From contig OZ024749.1 of the NCBI GenBank assembly GCA_964016885.1, positions 55,986,001-56,050,000 on the forward strand: a stretch of 64,000 bases of DNA, given 5' to 3'. The notes under the pieces were generated by a model, which worked only from the letters and a program-made list of their open reading frames with translations, ran no database searches and was not told the DNA's origin. Positions 42,203 to 53,816 of the stretch are shown here, piece by piece. This stretch comes from Eledone cirrhosa. Taxonomy: Eukaryota. The translations under genes and the position numbers were made by a program. The stretch's first letter is position 1. Every line of letters begins with the position of its first letter.

Positions 42203-42505
42203 GTATATATATATATAATGTATATATATATATATACGTATATATATACACATATATATAATGTATATATATACGTATATATATACACATATATATAATG
42301 CATATACACGTATATATATACACATATATATAATGTATATACACGTATATATATACACATATATATAATGTATATACACGTATATATATACACATATATA
42401 TAATGTATATACACGTATATATATACACATATATATAATGCATATACACGTATATATATACACATATATATAATGTATATACACGTATATATATACACAT
42501 ATATA
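41380..42505. repeat. TA-derived minisatellite (..ATAATGTATATATACGTATG.. then ..ATAATGTATATACACGTATATATATACAC..)
   Basis: Recurring AATG and ACGT anchors in (TA)n, with the unit type changing along the array. Confidence 0.9.
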
Positions 42506-42749
42506 TGCGGGCGTGTGTGAATGTGCCTGTGCCGTACGTACTGATCTTTACATAAGAATGCTGTGTGTAATTTGATCAAATCCTTCACAAATCTTCTATG
42601 ATCTTAATTTTGATATATTACTAATTTGTCCCAGTAACTCTAATTCAAACCTGATGTTTCTTCTAAATCTATCTTCTTTTCTAGAGATCACAGACACTCA
42701 CTCTATCTTCATCTCTCTGTCTGTCGACTCCTGCTCACTCTTTCTCTCT

Positions 42750-43255
42750 CACACAGAGGACGGGTCGTCAGAGATTAAACCGGCCACTCCACCAAGCTTG
42801 CTTGGTGAGGAGGGTGATTTTGGACACTCTGCGGAATGAAAAACAAAACCCGTCAAAGGGCAGAGGAACTCAGGAGAGTCAACAGCCATCCAATATCTTT
42901 TTTTCTTTTGTGGAGCGAGAGACTCCTTGACTTCATTAAGACATCTCTCTAGAAGAAGGTCACTCTGATATAAAACCTGCGACTCTGTTTACATCCAATG
43001 ATGTAGACCAGTTCTTCTTTTTAGGCAAATGCATTCGATGTCCAGAGAGTGGGATTGGCTCCGTGCAAAAACCTTTCTTCACTTAAAAAAGCTTCAAGCA
43101 CAGAAGCACAGGCACCGCTTGATATGTGACATTTTTTGCGATGCATGGTATTGCTGGCCATAGGCAAGTCCCTAGCATAACTAAAAAGCCAGGTCCATGA
43201 TGTTAATGCTGAAGTATCAAGTGATGGCATTACTTGAAATCGAGTTGCAGCCATC

Positions 43256-43257
<2 letters not shown>
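42750..43257 (+). mobile_element. Probable non-autonomous RTE-related retroposon
   Basis: A non-coding ~500-bp unique-looking block. It ends in a degenerate KSLA.LKS finger remnant, the same 3' stem-loop (GATGGC..ACTTG-AAAT-CGAGT..GCCATC) and a (TA)n tail. Confidence 0.45.
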
Positions 43258-43340
<83 letters not shown>

Positions 43341-44221
43341 TGTATATGTATGTATATATATATATCTATGTATGTATATATATCTATGTATGTATATATA
43401 TATATATCTGTGCATGTATGTATATATATATATATCTGTGCATGTATATATATCTATCTATATATCTATGTATGTATATGTATGTATATATATATCTATG
43501 TATGTATATGTATGTATATATATATCTATGTATATGTATGTATATATATATCTATGTATATGTATGTATATATATATCTATGTATGTATATATATATATA
43601 TGTATATGTATGTATATATATATATATATGTATATGTATGTATATATATATATATATATGTATATGTATGTATATATATATATATATATGTATGTATATA
43701 TATATATATATCTATGTATGTATGTATGTATGTATATGTGTATATATATATATATGAATATATATATATATATATATGTATGTATATGTGTATATATATT
43801 TATATATATATATGTATATGTATGTATGTATATATCTATGTATATCTGTATGTATATAAGTTTATTCTTTTTTGATAAGCCGGTGGTGAGGGCGAAACTT
43901 GTAAGTAAACATTCACTGTTAATATGATTACAGTGACTCTATATACAATACGTGAGTTCTTAGTTCAGTGTGTGGTTAGTGTTTAGCACACCGCGAATAT
44001 ATTGTATATATATACACAAACATACAAGATATATTGATATATACAGTATATATTTATATATATATAAATATACAATATATTTATATATATATACATACAA
44101 TATACTATATATATACACAAATATATAATATATATATGTATACTTATATATACAAATATATAATACTGTATATATATATATATATATATACTCAAATATA
44201 TAATATATATATATGTATATT

Positions 44222-44252
<31 letters not shown>

Positions 44253-44346
44253 TTACAAATATATAATATATATACACAAATATATAATATATATATATAT
44301 TTATCTATACAAATATATAATATATATACGTATATTTATATATACG

Positions 44347-44378
<32 letters not shown>

Positions 44379-44861
44379 TTACACACACACACACACACAG
44401 AAGGAAAGTGAGCGTATGTGTGTGTATATATGTGTATGTATGTTCGTGTGTCTTGATTAAAATGTCAGTGTGACATTGTCTTGCTAACTCATCAAACGTT
44501 GCGGTTTGCCTGTTGGTGCAGCAACATATAGTAAGAGAGACAGAACAGGCAACACAACACCGGATTAGCGGGCTCACACACACACAGACATACACACACA
44601 CATACACATACGCACACACGCACACATACACACACAGACATACACATACAGACACACACATACACACACTCACACACACCCACCCACCCACACACACACA
44701 CACACGCACACGCACACGCACACGCACACGCACACACATGTTCATATAACACATACATATACACACATATGTCAACATAGTACACACACCCTCACACACA
44801 GACAGCCTATATGTATTGTAGTTATTATATACGATGACAATAAATTAAATTAAGCTGCATT

Positions 44862-45396
44862 GGTGGATTGACAGTATTGGTAGAGGGTGGGACGCCATGC
44901 TGGGGTGGTGGATTGACAGTATTGGTAGAGGGTGGGACGCCATGCTGGGGTGGTGGATTGACAGTATTGGTAGAGGGTGGGACGCCATGCTGGGGTGGTG
45001 GATTGACAGTATTGGTAGAGGGTGGGACGCCATGCTGGGGTGGTGGATTGACAGTATTGGTAGAGGGTGGGACGCCATGCTGGGGTGGTGGATTGACAGT
45101 ATTGGTAGAGGGTGGGACGCCATGCTGGGGTGGTGGATTGACAGTATTGGTAGAGGGTGGGACGCCATGCTGGGGTGGTGGATTGACAGTATTGGTAGAG
45201 GGTGGGACGCCATGCTGGGGTGGTGGATTGACAGTATTGGTAGAGGGTGGGACGCCATGCTGGGGTGGTGGATTGACAGTATTGGTAGAGGGTGGGACGC
45301 CATGCTGGGGTGGTGGATTGACAGTATTGGTAGAGGGTGGGACGCCATGCTGGGGTGGTGGATTGACAGTATTGGTAGAGGGTGGGACGCCATGCT
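44862..45396 (+). repeat. 45-bp perfect minisatellite (12 copies) derived from the SINE-A head
   Basis: Unit GGTGGATTGACAGTATTGGTAGAGGGTGGGACGCCATGCTGGGGT matches the first ~40 nt of SINE A (26665-26705). Confidence 0.97.
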
Positions 45397-45537
45397 TTCC
45401 AGCATAGTTACGTCCCTTTACGATCTGAGTTCAAATCCCGCCGAGGTTGACTTTGCCTTTCATCCTTACGGGATATATATATATACCAGTAATGCACTGG
45501 GTAATTGCTGGCCTTGTGCCTAAAGTAGAAACAATTA
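45357..45537 (+). mobile_element. tRNA-derived SINE, family A (continuous with last repeat unit)
   Basis: ...CATGCTTTCCAGCATAGTTACGTCCCTTTACG..GAGTTCAAATCCCGCCGAGG..GCCTTTCATCC..GCTGGCCTTGTGCC..AGAAACAATT. Confidence 0.9.
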
Positions 45538-45572
<35 letters not shown>

Positions 45573-45621
45573 GTATATATACACACGTTTGTATATATGT
45601 GTATGTATGTTTATATATGTG

Positions 45622-45690
<69 letters not shown>

Positions 45691-45793
45691 ATAATAATAT
45701 ATATATATATTTTGACACGAGGGAAACCTAAGAGCAGCAGCAACAAACTCCCTCTTACACCAGGGCCAACCTATACAGGCTGGAGATAAAATG

Positions 45794-45859
45794 TGTAGCA
45801 ACAAGGGCGGTGCCCCAGCATGGCCTCAGCCGGATGGCTGAAACAGGTAAAAGAGTAAA
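45794..45859 (+). mobile_element. SINE 3' tail fragment
   Basis: GGGCGGTGCCCCAGCATGGCC.CAG....ATGGCTGAAACAGGTAAAAGAG; recalled as an octopus SINE tail, not verified. Confidence 0.45.
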
Positions 45860-45896
45860 TATATATATATATATATAGTAGTAATAATAATAATAT

Positions 45897-45967
<71 letters not shown>

Positions 45968-46789
45968 TGTTCCTGAGCGTGTATATACATATATTTGCAT
46001 TTTGCATGTGAAGAAAGAGAAAGAATGCAAGTAAAAGAGTATACTGTGTGTGTGTGTGTATGTATGTGTAATGTATCTTGTTACAATTATAGCTGAAATG
46101 CTATATATGGAAGTATATGTGTGATGTATATAGAGGTATATAAACATTTGTTTGTAAAAGTCTCGGGGTACATATAGGTGCGTCTGTCTGTGTGTTGCTG
46201 TAAGAGTAACCAATATGGTTTATACACACACACACCCACACATACGTCAACTGGAATTGGATTTGTCCTGACACAACGTGAACTTCTACCTGGACACTCC
46301 TTCGGATCCCTGGCCCTTTCATTGCTATATATATATTTAGTTAAATCTTAGACAGGAACAGACCCTCTACCGATACTGCCAATCCACCGACCCACTCAGC
46401 CTCCGGAATTCTCTCCCCCTCTCCCCCATCTCTCTGACCCCTCCCCAACCCCTCTGACCCCTCCCCATCCACACACACCTACCTACACCCCACCCCACAC
46501 ACACCTTTTCCTGAACATGCAACCCCGTTCTTCCCCCACTCTCACAGCCACATACACACACCACCTTCAGCCCTCCCCGATCGGACACCTCGCCCGCCTC
46601 TCCCCACTCCACCGCCACCACCCCTACACGCCCCACACCCTTCCACCACTTGTTTAACTTCATGTTTATTTTTATTATGCTTTTATATTTATTTTCATTT
46701 GTACCATTTCCTCTCACCACCTTTTTTCTAAATGTCTCTCCCCCACTCCCCCACACACCCTTGGAACTCTCTTCCCACACACTTTTCGT

Positions 46790-46875
46790 CTGAAGAAGGG
46801 CTTATTTCCGAAACGCCCCCCCCCCCCCCCCCCCCACCACCACCACCCCACTCTCATGAGCGTGAAACTAATAAA
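46790..46875 (+). ncRNA. Degenerate minimal hammerhead motif (same family as 34778)
   Basis: CTGAAGA-AGGGCTTATTTCC-GAAAC-GCC, then GAGCGTGAAACTAATA. The cleavage triplet is mutated and a poly-C expansion follows. Confidence 0.55.
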
Positions 46876-47143
46876 CCTTTGTTCGTACTGCCTCTCTGTT
46901 TTGTTCCCGTTCAATATTTCACTATATATATATATACACATTTATTCGCTGACATTTTGTCAGCGAATAAATGTTTTGAACATAGCTTTGATTCTTGTGA
47001 ATTCTATTCTATATAACTGCTCTGTAGAACAACTGATGTTATTACATTGAGCTATTTATCTTACTGACCTTCCCTGTTTATAGTTGTTTATAGTTTAAAA
47101 TATACATAACTATAAATAGTATCCTTAATATTATATACATACA

Positions 47144-47196
<53 letters not shown>

Positions 47197-47241
47197 TTAT
47201 TTATATATATATATATAAATATATAAATATATATGCATATT

Positions 47242-47277
<36 letters not shown>

Positions 47278-48122
47278 AATATATATATATTTATATATAT
47301 AAATATATATACATATTTATTTATATATATAAATATATATACATATTTATTTATATATATAAATATATACATACATATTTATATTTATATATATATATAT
47401 ATATATGCATATTTATTTATATATATATTATATAAGTAAATAATCGAGAATCAGAATCTCGGCCCACGAAATAATGATAAACAATCTTCGACATGTGTGG
47501 CGAGGGCTCAATAGTTTGGATAAACCAGAGCTATAACTATCGTTAAAATACCAACACATAGAGACGATGCCTAGATCATTCGCACAGCCGAAAAAAAACG
47601 ACCAGGAAAATTCGGGTCACTCAAATAATAAATTAATTTATTAATAAATTAAGTATATATATTTATATATATATTATATATATAAATATATATACATATT
47701 TATTTATATATGTATATATACATATATATATAAATATAGATATGTATGTATATATGTGTATACATATTTAGTTTTATATAGATATATATATGTATATATA
47801 TATATATATATATTTATTTATTTAGGTTTGTTAGTTCACCACTGGATAGAACTGGTCATTCCGTATGGTCAACCACGATGTAATATTAGGGAGAGCACTC
47901 GATGTAATGCAACTCACCCGTCTTTGTTTGTGTTGTTGGTGGTGCGAGTACGGAGTTAATTATTATAAAATAACAGGAGGCTGGACTGGTGTAATTCCTT
48001 AAAAGGTTTATTATTCGAAATTTAAAAAAGGAATATAATAGACAAGATCCTTGGGGCTGAAAAGCAGAGACAGCAGGGCAGCCGAACATTTAGCAGCTTC
48101 TAGCCCGATCAGCCGCCCTAAA

Positions 48123-48172
<50 letters not shown>

Positions 48173-48177
48173 TGGGT

Positions 48178-48384
48178 GAGTGAATAGAGAATTGGATTCG
48201 CAATCGTGAGGTTGTGAGTTCGGTTCCCGGACCGGTGAGTGTGTTATGTCTTTGAGCAAGACACTTTATTTCATGTTGCTCTTTCTACGTAGGGTTGCGA
48301 CCGGTAGATAGTATTAGCAACTGGAAAGACCGATGGAAACATTGTTTCCTTGGTCCGATTTGACGAAAGTCGATCGACTGTCGA
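48178..48384 (+). mobile_element. tRNA-derived SINE, family B
   Basis: GGATTCGCAATCGTGAGGTTGTGAGTTCGGTTCCC...TTGAGCAAGACACTTTATTTC...GAAAGTCGATCGACTGTCG-(TA)n. Confidence 0.88.
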
Positions 48385-48564
48385 TATATATATATATATA
48401 TATACACATACTTATTTCTCTCTCTCTATATATATATATATTATTTTTTTCTTGAAACTTCATTTTAACTTTAGCTCCATTTAAATGATTATTTGTGCAG
48501 TTAATTTATACGAGCTAAGAGGAAAAACTGGGTCAATTTTATCTGACTGTTCTTCAAACTTATA

Positions 48565-48628
<64 letters not shown>

Positions 48629-49084
48629 GTGTGTCTGTGTGTAATTTACCGAGAACTGTTCTGTGTGAAAACCACAAAGTTCTGAATACGTCTCCCCTCC
48701 CGCTCTCTCTTTCTCCATATATAAGTAACGAATAACATTTCTTTCAAACATGAAGAACGACTGTGTTCCAGTAAGTTTATTTTCATTAAAGATTGTTCCT
48801 CTCTCATTATGAGTTCTTTCTATTTAGTTTAGTACAGCAACATTCCTAAATCAATGTCTATGAACGTTTCCCAGTCTTCACAACTCTTTCTTTCTTCAAA
48901 CGTCATATAGGTAACTTATTGGTCAAGTTGTTAGCAGAGAGAGAGAGTCGGTATCTAACATAGAAACAAGACACTTTCACTGGAATTTAGACATCAACTA
49001 GGTAAATATGAATGTGTGCATGTAGGGGTGATATTGCGTGTGTGAATCTGTATGTATATTTGTCTATATTTATGCATGAATGTG

Positions 49085-49128
<44 letters not shown>

Positions 49129-49622
49129 GGTAACTATATTGTCGATTAAATAAATCTGATATTGTGCTTTTTTATTATTTTATTGAGCCTGAAAAGTCGG
49201 ACAGAACTTTCGTTAAAGCCTGACACACACACGCACACGCACACGCACACGCACACACGAGAAAGAGAAGGAAAGAAAATTAGAGTGAGAGAGAGAGAGA
49301 AAAAGAGTGTCTGACAACAGAGACCGACAAACACATTACTCTGTATTTTGCTAACCCAATTCAAACACATTACAGTATTTTTGTTAACCAAAAAAACGAA
49401 ACAAACATTGTGTTGAATGCCACCACACCCACGCATGTTAGCTGGATATAAATGGTTTTCAATTGCTGTGAACTTATCCCACCCACTGTAGGCAACTAAA
49501 CCATGTAGATTGTCCTGGATTTATATTGCGTGTAGTTTAGAGAGAATTCTCTATATATAACAGGTGGAGAGATCTGCTAAGAGTGAATATAGTATGTTGA
49601 GTAAAGGGAGGCAATAGTAGAA

Positions 49623-49976
49623 GGATAGATGGATAGTTAGATAGATGGATAGATGTATAGTTGGATAGATGGATAGATGTATAGTTGGATAGATGGATAG
49701 TTAGATAGATGTTAGATAGATGGATAGTTAGATAGATGTATAGTTGGATAGATGGATAGATAGATAGATAGATGGATAGATGGATAGTTAGATAGATGTT
49801 AGATAGATGGATAGTTAGATAGATGTATAGTTGGATAGATGGAGAGATGGATAGATAGATGGATAGATAGATGGATAGATGTATAGTTGGATAGATGGAT
49901 AGATAGATAGATGTATAGATGGATAGTTAGATAGATGGATAGTTAGATAGATGGATAGATGGCTTGATAGATAGAT
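49623..49976. repeat. (GATA/GATG/GTTA)n tetranucleotide tract, 3' flank of the LINE
   Basis: Directly visible. The same tract resumes at 50061-50091 and 54318-54440. Confidence 0.95.
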
Positions 49977-50060
49977 AATTTTCTTTTTATTTGCCACCAG
50001 GGCATCAAAAAGTGGGACAAGTACAATGGGGGGAGTTTACATGAAAAGGCGTCCTCAATA
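49977..50060 (-). mobile_element. Severely 5'-truncated second copy (3' terminal ~84 bp) of the L1/Tx1-type LINE
   Basis: Aligns to 50092-50171 with several substitutions and indels. It includes AATAAA and has GATA repeats on both sides. Confidence 0.9.
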
Positions 50061-50354
50061 TAGATAGATGGATAGATAGATGGATAGATATATTTCTTTT
50101 ATTTGCCACTAGGGCATCAAAAGTGGGACAAGTACAAAGGGGGGAGTTTACACAAAAAGGCGTCCTCAATAAGGAGGAGGCAATAACAAAATATAAAAAT
50201 AAAATAAGATATAACAAAAAATAAAATTTTTAACAAAATCCTCAATAGAGAGGAGGCGCCTTGGGGGGTCGCACACACCCCCGAAAAAAGTGTGCAACCC
50301 TTCTCCTCAGGAGCACAGAGAAGGGGTGCTCCCTTGGTCTTTCATCTTCCTCAC

Positions 50355-53300
50355 CTATAGTCTGATGTAGAGTGAAGGCCCATTCACACGGGCCATTCTC
50401 GCCACTTTCACCCATCTTTCATAGAAACGGCTGGGGTGCAGCACCTCTCTCTCCATCCTGATCCTTCTTCCGAAATGATATCGGAAGAAACGGACCAGTT
50501 GTTGGCCAGAGAGAAAGGTGCCCGACCTCAGTCCTTTCAGACGCGTCCACCATACAACCTCTTTCGCCATGGCTATTACGCACAGAAACACCGCCTCTGC
50601 TTCATCTTTGAAGGGGGGAGGCGGCTTGATCATTACAATAGACTCGGTGGTCAACCGGATCGGTCCCACCCTTGACAGCAGTTGTTCGACATAGCCCCAC
50701 AGATCGGCTACGCCCGAGCAGTGTACTAATGCGTGTGCAACGGTTTCCTCGTCGCACACGCATCTGGGACAGATCTTTTTGGCGGGGTCCCTACCCGGGC
50801 GCCCGTGTCTGTAGAGCCTTTCTCGAACGGGTAAAGCCCCTCGGTAGCACTGCCAGGCCAGGGACTTCTGGAAGTTGTCCATAGGTCCCGGGCTGAATGT
50901 CCTACCGAAAAGGCTGGCCAGTTCGTCCTCCTCCATGTCTAGGGCTTCTCCGAGGGCGTCGTCGCACCTGCTGCGTACCAGCCCTCTATAGAATGTTGCG
51001 GTGGAGTCTCCACTGATAACCGGATCCGCCTGCCAGAGGGCGGTGAGCGCCTGGGCACACTCAGTGTGCCAGGCGCCCAGTTTTCTCGGTCTTTGCTTGA
51101 CCCAGGATTGCAGCTCGGTGAGTGAGACGAGTCTGGGAAAGGTTCGTCTCACAAACGAGGCCCACACCGGTTGTCCGGTGAGGAATACGTAGAGGTGCCG
51201 TAGCCTTAATGCGTGTTTACGCATCATTAGCCACGGCATCCCCAGCCCTCCTTTCGAAGGGTGTTGACAGCAGATGGATCTCCTCACCATAGGAGCCCGC
51301 CTCTTCCAAAGGAATTGGAAGAGCGCGCGCTCCATCTTGGTGAGGGTTTCCCTTGGGCAGGGCACTACGGTCAGGCGGTAGTAGATGACGGACGCTATGT
51401 AGGTGTTCGCCACCTCCGCCCGACCTTTCAGGGATAGTTTGCAACTGGCCCACTTCTGGGTCAGTGCAAACACTCTGTTCGTAACCTCCGCCCAGTTTTT
51501 CTCCACCTGGAGGTCCGGTCCGAACCAGACCCCGAGCAACTTCACCGGGCCCTCCGTCCAGCGTCCGACGACGCTATCGGAGGGCATCGGTCTGCCCCTC
51601 CACGTGCCGAGTTGCAAACCGATCGACTTGTCCCGGTTCAGCTTAGCCCCTGTGAACTTTTCGTACTCCTCCAGTAAGGTGCCGACCGCCTCGATTTCGG
51701 AGGCCGTCGACACCATTACTGTCACGTCATCGGCGTAGGCCGACACCGCTTTCCGCAATCCCGGTTCCAAAGGGATGCCCTGCAACAACTCCAACTTCCG
51801 CAGTAGTGGCTCGAGAGTCAATACATACAGAAGGGAGGAGAGAGGGCACCCTTGTCGGATGGACCGCGCGATTTTGAACGGCTCCGAGAGGTAGCCGTTC
51901 ACCTTGACCCTAGAGCAGATGCGGCTGCTGTGCATAGCAGTGATCCAGCCCCTGAAAACGGGTCCGAAGCCTGCCGCCGCTAGCACCGCATCCAGGTAAC
52001 CATGGTCGACCCTATCGAACGCCTTAGATTGATCCAAGTTGATCAGAGCCCCACCAAAGCCGGGTTCGTTCCCAACCCTCTCTATGATGTATCGCATGAG
52101 GTGGAGGTTGTCATGGATGGACCTGGACGGGATAGCGCATGTCTGCGCATCTCCCACCAGGTTGCCCACGACAAGCGCCAACCTCTTTGCTAGCACCTTG
52201 GCCAAAATCTGTAACTCTGTATTTAGCAGTGTTATGGGCCTGAAGTTACTTATTTCGTCCCCCTTGTTCTCGTCCTTCCTCACTAGCGTGACTACGCCCT
52301 TGGTCACAGTACAGGGAATTCTCCCGTTCTGTTGCCAGTTGCAGTAGACCGCCTCGAGGAGATCGGGGAACAAGTCCGGCATAGCTAGATATAATTCGTA
52401 AGGAAGACCATCGAGACCCGGGGATTTGCGTTTGCCGCATTGGCTCAGCACGTCCTCTATCTCAGCGGCCGAAATCGGCTCCTCGCAGGACTTCGCCTCC
52501 CTGTCCGAGAGGCGCGGCAGGCCGTCGAGGTATGGACCGAAGTCCACGTTCCCAACCGGCTCCCCGCCCCTCCCGAACAGTCGGGCAAAGTGCCTTTGAA
52601 AGGCCTCACACATCTGCTTAGGCTCAAGAATCGCCCGTCCATCCAGGTCTCGCAAAGACCGGATGGTGGATTTAGTTCCACTGTTGGCCTCTGTCACGCG
52701 GGCCCAGCTAACAGCTTTGGTCCCCTCGTTCCCTAGAGCACGTATTTTACTTCGGACAACGCAGCCTTCGTGCTTCGCGTCGAAAAACTGGCTCAAAGCC
52801 GTTCTCGACGCTAGCACTCTGGCCACGTCGCCGCTTCTAATTGCCTCTTCTACTCTATCTATTAGCTCCCTTTCCTTCCTATTCCTATCCGCAGCTAGAA
52901 CCTTACTAAATTCTATCGAGACTACTCTAATCTCTCTCTTTAGAGATACCCACCACCTGCTGTTGACGATCGCTCCAGTCAACCGTTCCTTAACTAACGT
53001 ACTAATCCGATTCCTGTAGGCTCTACTTGCCGGCAAGGACAAGTTGAGCTTCCAGTAACCGGGGCCCTGTCTATGAGTTCTGTCAAGGTTGACCATGCAG
53101 GTCACTAATTTGTGGTCTGAATAGCCAACAATGCGCATTTTTGGACAACTTAAAAAGTCCTTATCCTTAATTCTAACTAAGAACCTATCTAGGTACGACC
53201 TAGATGATCCGCTACGATTTGCCCAAGTCCAGGTTGGCGCAGTCGGAAAATCTAGTCGATATCTATCGGCCAGGTCAAATCGACCGATTAACCCTTTGAG

Positions 53301-53792
53301 GCTATTACACCCCTCTCTATCGGGGCAGGCCCCTACGTAGTCCCAGCGTGCATCTAGGATACCATTCCAGTCCCCCACTAATAGCAAGGAGCGGGACGTC
53401 CCTAGAAAAGTCTCCAGACGATGGAAGAAGTCCGGCCGCATTGACCCGAAAGGGCCGTAGGCGGCTACCAACCTAAACGCTCCGCCTTTACCACTGCCAA
53501 GGTCCAGAACCACTAGTCGACCCTCCGGGTCCAAATGTACCATCTGTGTTGCGAGACCCAGATGTTTTTGCAGCAGAACGACAACTCCACCCCCACCTCC
53601 AGGCTGACAGAGAGATGCGTGCATCTCAAAGTCATCAAAGGTGGGGGCCAGCTGTCGCACGTTGCTGATCCGGGCCTCGCAAATAACCATCACATCTATA
53701 CGTTGTGACCTGAGGTCATTTAGAAGCATTGCTTGCTTCCAAGTTGAGCCCAGGCCACGCGCATTTAAACAGCCTACTCTTAGCATAGCCAT
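50355..53792 (-). CDS. LINE ORF2: APE endonuclease, reverse transcriptase and CCHC zinc knuckle (~1145 aa)
   Basis: Likely ATG at 53792 (CCAACATGG context; the track starts at an upstream GTG). Endonuclease motifs: LNARGL, ICE, GDWN, SYLDRF, SDH. L1/Tx1 motif: GPGYWKLN. RT motifs: KSPGLDG, FRPITLLN, DQSKAFDRVDH, RQGCPLS, AYADDV. Zinc knuckle: CPRC-x8-H-x4-C. No stops or frameshifts. Confidence 0.97.
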   Translation of the reverse strand: MAMLRVGCLNARGLGSTWKQAMLLNDLRSQRIDVMVICEARISNVRQLAPTFDDFEMHASLCQPGGGGGVVVLLQKHLGLATQMVHLDPEGRLVVLDLGSGKGGAFRLVAAYGPFGSMRPDFFHRLETFLGTSRSLLLVGDWNGILDARWDYVGACPDREGCNSLKGLIGRFDLADRYRLDFPTAPTWTWANRSGSSRSYLDRFLVRIKDKDFLSCPKMRIVGYSDHKLVTCMVNLDRTHRQGPGYWKLNLSLPASRAYRNRISTLVKERLTGAIVNSRWWVSLKREIRVVSIEFSKVLAADRNRKERELIDRVEEAIRSGDVARVLASRTALSQFFDAKHEGCVVRSKIRALGNEGTKAVSWARVTEANSGTKSTIRSLRDLDGRAILEPKQMCEAFQRHFARLFGRGGEPVGNVDFGPYLDGLPRLSDREAKSCEEPISAAEIEDVLSQCGKRKSPGLDGLPYELYLAMPDLFPDLLEAVYCNWQQNGRIPCTVTKGVVTLVRKDENKGDEISNFRPITLLNTELQILAKVLAKRLALVVGNLVGDAQTCAIPSRSIHDNLHLMRYIIERVGNEPGFGGALINLDQSKAFDRVDHGYLDAVLAAAGFGPVFRGWITAMHSSRICSRVKVNGYLSEPFKIARSIRQGCPLSSLLYVLTLEPLLRKLELLQGIPLEPGLRKAVSAYADDVTVMVSTASEIEAVGTLLEEYEKFTGAKLNRDKSIGLQLGTWRGRPMPSDSVVGRWTEGPVKLLGVWFGPDLQVEKNWAEVTNRVFALTQKWASCKLSLKGRAEVANTYIASVIYYRLTVVPCPRETLTKMERALFQFLWKRRAPMVRRSICCQHPSKGGLGMPWLMMRKHALRLRHLYVFLTGQPVWASFVRRTFPRLVSLTELQSWVKQRPRKLGAWHTECAQALTALWQADPVISGDSTATFYRGLVRSRCDDALGEALDMEEDELASLFGRTFSPGPMDNFQKSLAWQCYRGALPVRERLYRHGRPGRDPAKKICPRCVCDEETVAHALVHCSGVADLWGYVEQLLSRVGPIRLTTESIVMIKPPPPFKDEAEAVFLCVIAMAKEVVWWTRLKGLRSGTFLSGQQLVRFFRYHFGRRIRMEREVLHPSRFYERWVKVARMARVNGPSLYIRL

Positions 53793-53816
53793 GTTGGTGG
53801 TGAAGAGAAAAGGCAC

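Noticed and set aside
44845-45523. ORFs of repeated 15-aa peptides
   Set aside because: They result from a 45-bp unit lacking stops in some frames. The unit is SINE-derived.
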